Shown here: one piece after another, positions 1 through 10,029 of the stretch
Layout: each line of letters begins with the position of its first letter
Numbering within the stretch: position 1 is the first letter of the stretch
From: Planctomycetota bacterium
Lineage (GTDB): Bacteria > Planctomycetota > Planctomycetia > Pirellulales > UBA1268
Assembly: GCA_037129495.1 (NCBI GenBank)
Contig: JBAXUW010000003.1
Coordinates: 1 to 52,357 of the forward strand
Length of the DNA: 52,357 nucleotides
Direction of reading: 5' to 3'
Translations under genes and position numbers: made by a program
Notes under the pieces: model-generated
Databases searched by the model: none
What the model was told of the DNA's origin: nothing
What the model saw: only the letters and a program-made list of their open reading frames with translations

Positions 1-299
1 CTAGCCCCAGATCCGACATCGGGAGGCTCGTCATGGGCTCGCCTGCGTGTTGGGGGAGAGTGGCAGGGTGGGAGTCAACGTCGGGATCAAAATCAAGGTG
101 GTGCCTGCGTGGGCCAGCAGCGGCGGTCGCGGCTGCTCCCAAAAACACTGTACGACTCCGTCAGATTTCCTGCATCCGTCATATCCGGTACAGCCTGTAT
201 GAGTCGGGTGAGGCCTGCCAGCGAGCCCGCCCGCCGCGCCACGAACCGGCCTGTAGAGTTTGGATGGATGCTGCCCGGTTTGCAGGAAAGGACTCCCTG

Positions 300-3167
<2,868 letters not shown>

Positions 3168-3189
3168 TAGCATCGCCAAAGGCCTCCCT

Positions 3190-4803
3190 GTGCGCACGAT
3201 CGAGATCTACGACACGACACTCCGCGACGGCTCACAGGGCGAGGGCGTCAACTTCTCTCTCGCAGACAAGCTGGCGATCACGAAGCGGCTCGACGAGGCT
3301 GGCATCGACTTTATCGAGGGCGGCTACCCGCTCTCGAATCCTAAAGACGCCCAGTATTTTACCCGTGTCCGTGAACTTAAAATCCGGCACTCACGGGTCT
3401 GCGCGTTTGGTATGACTCGCCGCCGCGGCCTGACAGCCGCCGAGGATCCGGGCATGAAGGCCCTTCTCGACGCCGGCACGAGCGTCATCACGATCGTTGG
3501 CAAGACATCGGCGTTTCACGTGACGGAGGTGCTCGGCGTGTCGCACGCGGAAAACCTCGCCATGATCACCGACACAGTCCGCTTCCTCACCGACTCCGGT
3601 CGGGAGGTCTTCTACGACGCGGAGCATTTCTTCGACGGCTGGAAGATCGACTCGGCTTATTCCGCCGAGACGATCCTGGCCGCCTCTCGGGCCGGTGCCA
3701 CTCGAGTCGTGCTCTGTGATACCAACGGCGGCACATTGCCCGCCGAGGTTGCCCGCATGGTCCGTGAGGCGGCGGCCGCGCTTGAGGCTGGCGGCGCAGG
3801 GGTGCCCCTGGCGATCCACTGTCACAACGACTGTGATCTCGCGACAGCCAACTCGCTTGCGGCAGTCGCCGCCGGCGCGGTGCAGGTGCAGGGCACGATC
3901 AACGGCATTGGCGAACGCTGCGGCAATGCCGACCTGATTTCGGTCGTCGCCAATCTCGCGGTCAAGCTCCCCGGCTATGCCGTGCTCGGTGGCGGCGGCC
4001 GCGAAGGTAGTGGCACAGCCCACCTAACGGAGCTTTCCCGGTTTGTCTACGAAACCGCGAACATGAGCTACCGTCCCGGCCAGCCCTTTGTCGGAACGAG
4101 CGCCTTCGCCCACAAGGGTGGCATGCATGTGCATGCTGTGGCCAAGGCGACGGAATCGTACGAACACATTCCGCCCGAGAGCGTCGGCAATTCCCGGCGG
4201 ATTCTCGTGAGCGAGTTGTCGGGTCGGTCAAACATCGCCGCGCTCGTCCATCGGCCAGACGTGAAGAACGATCGGGTGATCCTCGACCGGGTGCTGGCGG
4301 AGGTCTGCCGACTGGAGAACGAAGGCTGGCAGTTTGAGGCAGCGGGGGCATCCTTCGACCTGCTTGTAGACCGCTGTGCGGGCACGTTCAGGCCGGCTTT
4401 TTCAAAGCTCTCCTACAACGTGACGGTCGACAGCCGCAACGAGTTGGCAGCAGACGCCGGTGGTGCGGATGTGACGACTGAAGCCACAGTGAAGCTGGTG
4501 ATCGGCGGCGTGCTGCTGCACGAGGTGGCCGAGGGGGATGGGCCGGTGAACGCCCTCGATGCGGCGCTTCGCAAGGCGCTCGCTGCGACCTTCCCTGCCC
4601 TGTCGCGGATGCACCTGCTCGACTACAAGGTCCGCGTGATCAACGCTCAGGAAGGCACGGCCGCGAAGGTCCGCGTATCGATTGAGAGCACCGACGGCGA
4701 CTCCGTCTGGGGCACGGTGGGCGTGAGCGAGAATGTGATTGAGGCCAGCTGGCTTGCGCTTGCTGATTCATTCGAGTATTTTCTTTCGCGGTCAGTCGGC
4801 TGA
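3190..4803 (+). CDS. cimA: Citramalate synthase (LeuA/CimA family)
   Basis: IYDTTLRDGSQGEG, HCHND, NGIGERCGNA, AHKGGMH, and a C-terminal regulatory domain (EGDGPVNALD, LLDYKVR). GTG start at 3190, 22 nt after the ftsK stop. Confidence 0.92.
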   Translation: MRTIEIYDTTLRDGSQGEGVNFSLADKLAITKRLDEAGIDFIEGGYPLSNPKDAQYFTRVRELKIRHSRVCAFGMTRRRGLTAAEDPGMKALLDAGTSVITIVGKTSAFHVTEVLGVSHAENLAMITDTVRFLTDSGREVFYDAEHFFDGWKIDSAYSAETILAASRAGATRVVLCDTNGGTLPAEVARMVREAAAALEAGGAGVPLAIHCHNDCDLATANSLAAVAAGAVQVQGTINGIGERCGNADLISVVANLAVKLPGYAVLGGGGREGSGTAHLTELSRFVYETANMSYRPGQPFVGTSAFAHKGGMHVHAVAKATESYEHIPPESVGNSRRILVSELSGRSNIAALVHRPDVKNDRVILDRVLAEVCRLENEGWQFEAAGASFDLLVDRCAGTFRPAFSKLSYNVTVDSRNELAADAGGADVTTEATVKLVIGGVLLHEVAEGDGPVNALDAALRKALAATFPALSRMHLLDYKVRVINAQEGTAAKVRVSIESTDGDSVWGTVGVSENVIEASWLALADSFEYFLSRSVG

Positions 4804-4840
4804 GCGATGCTCGTCGAGCTCGGGCTGGCAGAAGTCTCCT

Positions 4841-4855
4841 GTGGGATAAGGGTTT
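4841..4855 (+). repeat. REP-like motif, truncated copy
   Basis: GTGGGATAAG(GGTTT), immediately left of the ISL3 left IR. Confidence 0.7.
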
Positions 4856-4856
4856 A

Positions 4857-5366
4857 GGGTCTTCAGCAGAATCTGTGGGTAAAAATCGCTGCTGAATGGG
4901 CGCTGGGCAACTCTTTCTCACGGGTGTGCATCTGCGATATGGGCATGGAGCCGGCCGCGGAGTCGCAGTCACCCGTCGGCGATCTGGGGCAAGGGATTAC
5001 CGCTTGGACAGCCCCTTCCTGGAGGTGCACGTCGAGCCCCGGGCCAATGGGCGGGCCATCTGCTCTGGCTGCGGCGAGAAGCGGCCCGGTCTTGAGTCGT
5101 GGTGCACCAAAGCCCTCCGCAGTCGGCTTGCGCCGATGAAGAAGGTCGCCAAAAGCCTGCGGCGTCATAAATCGCTGATCCTCAACTGGTTCCTCGCCCT
5201 GGGCGGCATCTCGGCAGGCGTCGTCGAGGGATTCAACGGCAAGGCGAAACTGACCACCAGAAAAGCCTACGGCTTCAGAACGCCGCAGGGCATCGAAATG
5301 GCTCTGTTTCACGTCCTCGGACGACGACCCGAGCCAGAATGTACCCACAGATTCTGCTGAGGAGGC
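4857..5366 (+). mobile_element. Internally deleted, non-autonomous ISL3-family element (510 bp)
   Basis: Terminal inverted repeats GGGTCTTCAGCAGAATCTGTGGGTA (4857-4881) and 5342-5366 match at 22/25, with the inner 19 bp perfect. The internal ORF carries ISL3 N-terminal and C-terminal motifs. No target-site duplication found. Confidence 0.85.
4896..5360 (+). pseudogene. ISL3 transposase remnant: N-terminal Zn-finger start fused in frame to the C-terminus, catalytic core missing
   Basis: LEVHVEPRANGRAICSGCGEKRPG is joined at about 5090/5091 to LESWC..ALRSRLAPMKKVAKSLRRH..LILNWF..SAGVVEGFNGKAKLTTRKAYGFRT..EPECTHRFC. The protein is 154 aa, versus roughly 400 aa for intact ISL3 transposases. Confidence 0.85.
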
Positions 5367-5381
5367 GAAAACTTATCCCAC
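5367..5381 (-). repeat. REP-like motif, truncated inverted copy
   Basis: GAAAACTTATCCCAC is the reverse complement of GTGGGATAAGTTTTC. It abuts the ISL3 right IR. Confidence 0.8.
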
Positions 5382-5422
5382 GGGGGCAGCAACTGCCGTG
5401 CCGAAAACTACTGCTATTCGGC

Positions 5423-6637
5423 CTATTGTTCCGCCGCTGTGACGAGCGCCGCGGCGGCGGCTTCCTGAAATGCGCGACGCACAATGCTACCGTCGCTGTT
5501 TGGGAAATTCGCTCGCTGCACCATCAGGATCGTGGCGGTGTGCTGTACGGGATCGATCCAGGCCTGTGTGCCCCAGGCGCCGCCGTGGCCGAAGGTGCCC
5601 GCTGAAAGACCGGCGGCGACGCCGTCGTGCGGCACCTTCACCACGCATGTGCCGACGCCCCAGCCATAGTTCTGGCCGTGGCTGCCATAGGCCTCGGCCT
5701 GCAAGAAGCCAGTTGGTAGGTCGCCCGTCTGCACGGCTGAGAGCGTGCCAACAGCCTCTTGGCTGAGGATTCGCTGGCCGTCGAACAGGCCGCGGTTGAG
5801 CAGCATCGTGCAGAAGCGGGCGTAGTCGAGCGGCGTCGAGTAGAGCCCACCGTTCCCCAGCGGCGGCCGCGACCGGTCGCCATATTCTCGCCGCGGAATG
5901 GCGACATCAAGCTGGCCTGTGTTTTTGTTGCGGAGATAGCCGGTTGCCAGCCGCCCGCGCTGGGTGTCGGTGGGATAGAAGGTCGTGTCGACCATCCCCA
6001 GCGGATCGAAGAGCCGCTTCTGGAGAAAGGTGTCAAACGGCTGCCCGCTGATCACCTCGACGATCCGGCCTGCAAGATTGAGGCCCGACTGTGTATAGAC
6101 CCACTTCTCGCCGGGCTCATACTGCATCGGCGCCGTAAGCCATGCCGGCACGAGCTCGGCGAGCGTCTTCGCGTCGTGGGCTGCTTGCCAGGCCGCCTCG
6201 CCGACGCCCGAGGTGTGCGTGAGTATCTGCCGGATCGTGAGCCGCGCAGGCTTGCCGGAGGGAGTCCTCAATTCGGCGAACTCTGGGATGTGACGTTCCA
6301 CAAGATCGTCGAGCGAGAGCCGGCCTTCGTCGGCGAGGATCATAATCGCCACACCGGTGACCGGCTTGGTCATCGAGGCGATCCAGAAGAACGTGTCGGG
6401 CGTCATCGGCCGGCCCGCCGCGACATCGGCCAAGCCGGTGCACTCAAGGTGACGGAAGTGCTCCCGATCGACGACCACGGTCACGGCCCCAACGATTTCA
6501 TGGGCGTCGATCATTGCCTGCATGGCCGCGCCGATGCCGGGGAGCCGGGGCTCGTCCGCGGTTGCGTCAGGAATTGGGAGCTGAGACACGAAGAGGGTGA
6601 TCGGAAGCACGAGCATAACCGCGGTGAGGAGTCGCAT
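5423..6637 (-). CDS. Secreted serine hydrolase, beta-lactamase family (class C-like)
   Basis: SxxK motif (ASMTKP), LLTHTSG-like ILTHTSG, WVYTQ, FGHGGAWGT. Signal peptide MRLLTAVMLVLP; start set at ATG 6637. Confidence 0.88.
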   Translation of the reverse strand: MRLLTAVMLVLPITLFVSQLPIPDATADEPRLPGIGAAMQAMIDAHEIVGAVTVVVDREHFRHLECTGLADVAAGRPMTPDTFFWIASMTKPVTGVAIMILADEGRLSLDDLVERHIPEFAELRTPSGKPARLTIRQILTHTSGVGEAAWQAAHDAKTLAELVPAWLTAPMQYEPGEKWVYTQSGLNLAGRIVEVISGQPFDTFLQKRLFDPLGMVDTTFYPTDTQRGRLATGYLRNKNTGQLDVAIPRREYGDRSRPPLGNGGLYSTPLDYARFCTMLLNRGLFDGQRILSQEAVGTLSAVQTGDLPTGFLQAEAYGSHGQNYGWGVGTCVVKVPHDGVAAGLSAGTFGHGGAWGTQAWIDPVQHTATILMVQRANFPNSDGSIVRRAFQEAAAAALVTAAEQ

Positions 6638-6867
6638 GGACGGGGTAGATTTCGGCTGGATTGCCACAAGCACGGACCACGACAGAATATACGCGGCTCC
6701 GGCGGCACTGAGGAGCCCGGGGCTACCTGGGCATGTTCTCAGCAGTGCCGCCGCACCGCCGGCCCGGTAGCCGCCATGCAAGCTTCCAACTCGCAGCGTC
6801 GAACGCTGAGGTGGACCCCATTCTTCCGAATACAACTCTTGACAATAGCCTACAGGCGACCACCAAC

Positions 6868-8499
6868 TCAGCGCGATTGGCGGCGTTCGTAGGTGAATGT
6901 GAGCGTGCCCTCGGCCAGTGCGATCTTCTTCATGGCCGCTAGCAATTGGTCACGCGTCGAACCGTCCGCGGGTAGCTGCGGTGACTCTGAGAGGGCATAG
7001 ATTGTAATGTGATAGGCCTTGAGCCCCGGGCCCTTGGAGCACATTGGATCGTAGTCCCGGCGCCGCTTGTCGTTCAGACCGGTCGTGCCGACCCCGCGAG
7101 AGTTTTTTTCCAGCCGCGTCACTGTCGCCGGAATCTCGTGAACGACCCAGTATGACTTGAGCATGTCCGGTGCCTCGTGCCAGAGCACCAGGGCATAAGA
7201 CTTCGTGCCGGCCGGACCAACCTGCCATTCGATCGGCGGCGACACCCCTGCGCCGTCACACGTGAACTCCTTCGGTAGACTTTCATGCGGGCCAAACGCG
7301 GGGCTCGTGACAACGAGATCAGCGGCACCGAGCCGCTGCGGTCGCGATGAATTCTCGGATTGGCGGGCATCCTCACGCGGTGGGCGTCTTTCGCCGGGTC
7401 GGGGCGGTGGTGGTGGCCGATCGTTGGGCGGTCCACCGCGGCGTGGCGGTCCGCCGGGTCGCCGGTCGCCAGGCGAGTAGGTCTCTTCGGTCTTACGGCC
7501 TGACGGGTCGGTCGATGTCAATTTCACGGAGCCGTCGGCCTCGATCTCGTAGACCATGACGCCCTTCCGACCGCCCACCTCGTACGTGAGCTGGTGGCTC
7601 GTGGGCGTGGGCGACTCAAAGCCTGTGATCGTTGCGCCACGCAGCGGCGGGAGTGCCGGCCGCACCGGCTCCGCCCGGGGCTGCGGATCGACCTGTCCAT
7701 CTCGCTCGATCACTTCGCCGCGAAAGCCGCCATTTAAATACGGATAGTGCTTTGTGGCATGGTAGTGGTAGTTGCCGTTGGCGTCCTCGTGGCCGCCGAG
7801 CTTGTCGAGCCCCTGCACTGCCGAGCCATCAGGCTCGGTGTAGCCATAGATCGGATAGCCGTCGAGTGCGTAGGCGATCGGCATCCCCTTGCCGACCTGC
7901 TTCTCCAGGTGCACCGGGGCGATGTGGTAGTGGTAGTCGTCGGCCCGACCGCAGTGGCCGCCGTAGGCGTCGAGCTCACCGATCAAGAATGCGTCTTCGC
8001 CACGATTATTGAGCGGATTGAAGATCGGCACGCCGTTGACGGCTAACGCGATTGCGCCCCGCAGAAAACGGTTCTTCGTGGTGGCCGGATGCTGTGCCGG
8101 CACCGGCTCCAACGGGATCTGCCAGGCGTTGTCACCGACATACTTCTGCGGCAGTGGCACCTGCTGCTGCCAGTTGCGGATACCAACCATCAGCTGGTGG
8201 TCCGGCATACCAGTTGATTCAACGTAGAAAAACCGGTCATCGCTGCGACAGGAAATCGCCTGAAGATCACTAAACGGCTCAAAGGCCTTGGTGATAGTGA
8301 TGGCCGGCTCTCGTGGCGGTTTACGCTCTGAGGTGAAGATAAACCGTCCGCCGAGAGTGGAATCGTGAGCGGGCTCGTGGCTTGCCCGGTCGCCCTCCTG
8401 AATTCGGTGCCAAGGATGGGCGATGGCCTTGGGGGCGGTTCCTGCTAAGACCGACACAACGATGATCGCCGAGACGTGGACGCTGGTTGGAAAGGTCAT
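6868..8499 (-). CDS. YHYH-domain protein fused to a C-terminal YbhB/YbcL (PEBP-like) domain
   Basis: GAIALAVNGVPIFNP, DDYHYH, ALDGYPIYG, NYHYH, then a Pro/Arg linker, then SPAF..LPKEFTCDGAGVSPPIEW..TKSYALV..YWVV..YDPMC..YHITIYAL. N-terminal signal-like segment. Confidence 0.82.
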   Translation of the reverse strand: MTFPTSVHVSAIIVVSVLAGTAPKAIAHPWHRIQEGDRASHEPAHDSTLGGRFIFTSERKPPREPAITITKAFEPFSDLQAISCRSDDRFFYVESTGMPDHQLMVGIRNWQQQVPLPQKYVGDNAWQIPLEPVPAQHPATTKNRFLRGAIALAVNGVPIFNPLNNRGEDAFLIGELDAYGGHCGRADDYHYHIAPVHLEKQVGKGMPIAYALDGYPIYGYTEPDGSAVQGLDKLGGHEDANGNYHYHATKHYPYLNGGFRGEVIERDGQVDPQPRAEPVRPALPPLRGATITGFESPTPTSHQLTYEVGGRKGVMVYEIEADGSVKLTSTDPSGRKTEETYSPGDRRPGGPPRRGGPPNDRPPPPPRPGERRPPREDARQSENSSRPQRLGAADLVVTSPAFGPHESLPKEFTCDGAGVSPPIEWQVGPAGTKSYALVLWHEAPDMLKSYWVVHEIPATVTRLEKNSRGVGTTGLNDKRRRDYDPMCSKGPGLKAYHITIYALSESPQLPADGSTRDQLLAAMKKIALAEGTLTFTYERRQSR

Positions 8500-8535
8500 A
8501 GATGAGCCTGTTGTGGACCTCGCGACGCAGCAAAA

Positions 8536-10029
8536 CTACTTTCTGGCCAGGCGGTTGAGCGTATACCAGCCGGTGTCGTGGAGCAGCGGCAGACCGGAGG
8601 CATTGCGGATACCCGCCGCCTTGATCTCGTGGATCACGCCCTCGCGGAGATTGCCCAGCGTCAGCCGCACCCGCTTCCCGTCCGCGGTCGGCTCAGCCTT
8701 TTCAACCGTGCAGGCCTCCTCATCGACGACGGGACTGCCGTAGCTTGACTGATAAATGTATGTAAACCCCTTCGCGGCATAACTCTTCACGTCGGCGGCT
8801 GTAGCCGGATCGACCGGCTCCGTAAACTCGAGTTCAAAGCCACCCGGCACCGCCCGCATGGCCAGAATCTCCAGTGGCGTCTTACCTGTCCATGTCACCC
8901 GCTCCAGCGCATAGTCGCCGCCACCGCGTGAGCCCCAGCCGCGGTTGGTACCACCGACGTAGAGCGAACCATCGGGGGCAAACTGCAGAGCCAGCGAGCC
9001 GCTGTTAAACCCTTCGCGAACCTTAAAGCAGGCTCCCTGCATGACGCCGTCGATTGTCTCGAGGCTGCATCGCATCAGCATCGAGTGCGACTGGTCGCAG
9101 ACGAATACCTGACCCGCAAACGGACCAAACTTTCCGGCCGTCGTATCGCAGGCCACCCCCGCGGCGCTGTTTCCCATGATGCCGTGCGGAAACATTACCA
9201 CCGGTGGCCGCAGCCTGGGAATCTTTTTGACCTCGATGGCCCAGCGGCTACCGCTCTGCGGCTCCTGCGGCTTCTCTCCCATCTCGGGCGCGAGGTCATA
9301 CCACTTCAATCCACCCGGGTGCCCCACGAAGTCGCCGGGCACGAGGTGCTTGAGCGAACAGCAGCCGTTCCACGGCCCCTGGTTATCGGTGTAGAGCACG
9401 TTGCCAGCGGAGTCGAAGCCGATGCCGCCCGGCGAGCGGATCCCGGAGGTGGTTGGCACCAGTCTGCCATCGGGCGTTATGCGAACCGCCCAGCCCCGAA
9501 AGGGCACATCACTGTTAAAACTACCAGTCAGGCAGAGCACTACCCAGAGATTGCCGTCGCGGTCAAACTTCGAGCCGAATGCATATTCGTGGTAGTCGCC
9601 CGACACGCCCCAGCCATCGGCGACGGTCTCGAATTGGTCGGCCTCACCATCGCTATTGGTGTCACGGAGCCGGCTCACTTCCGGCCGCTGGGTCGTGTAA
9701 AGCCAGCCGTCCTTCCAGGCGAGGCCGAGCACCTCATGCAGCCCGTGCGCAAACCGTTTCCAGATAGGTTTATTGAAAGTGGGTGTGCCGCCCGTCGGTG
9801 CGGTCATTATCCAGATCTCGCCGCGGCGGGTAGCGACCGCCAGCCTGCCATCGGGTATCCATTCAAGGGCTCCCACTTCGAGAAACGCCTCGGCGGGAAT
9901 ATCGATCGCTTGGATGGCAAAGAAATCGGCCTCCTTGGGAAGCGAGACCGGCTCCGCGGCGGGACCCGAAAGGGCCGCCATGAGAGCCGCCGCCAGCGCG
10001 ACAAAGAGTGTAGATACCGCTCTTACCAT
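8536..10029 (-). CDS. Secreted PVC-type beta-propeller protein (glucose/sorbosone dehydrogenase-like fold)
   Basis: Signal peptide; propeller-like repeats (FAHGLHEVLGL, GDYHEYAFG, GIRSPGGIG, YTDNQGPW, FAPDGSLYVGGTNRGWGS); C-terminal Ig-like segment. Confidence 0.7.
   Translation of the reverse strand: MVRAVSTLFVALAAALMAALSGPAAEPVSLPKEADFFAIQAIDIPAEAFLEVGALEWIPDGRLAVATRRGEIWIMTAPTGGTPTFNKPIWKRFAHGLHEVLGLAWKDGWLYTTQRPEVSRLRDTNSDGEADQFETVADGWGVSGDYHEYAFGSKFDRDGNLWVVLCLTGSFNSDVPFRGWAVRITPDGRLVPTTSGIRSPGGIGFDSAGNVLYTDNQGPWNGCCSLKHLVPGDFVGHPGGLKWYDLAPEMGEKPQEPQSGSRWAIEVKKIPRLRPPVVMFPHGIMGNSAAGVACDTTAGKFGPFAGQVFVCDQSHSMLMRCSLETIDGVMQGACFKVREGFNSGSLALQFAPDGSLYVGGTNRGWGSRGGGDYALERVTWTGKTPLEILAMRAVPGGFELEFTEPVDPATAADVKSYAAKGFTYIYQSSYGSPVVDEEACTVEKAEPTADGKRVRLTLGNLREGVIHEIKAAGIRNASGLPLLHDTGWYTLNRLARK

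Noticed and set aside
33-299. N-terminal extension of FtsK given by the ORF track
   Set aside because: No RBS at 33 and the sequence is not protein-like. ATG 300 has a good RBS. The same logic was used to trim valS (12769), purM (38736), cimA (3052), the hydrolase (6835) and 40712.
4849-5374. 8-bp target-site duplication around the ISL3 remnant
   Set aside because: Flanks AGGGTTTA and GAAAACTT are not direct repeats for any plausible boundary.
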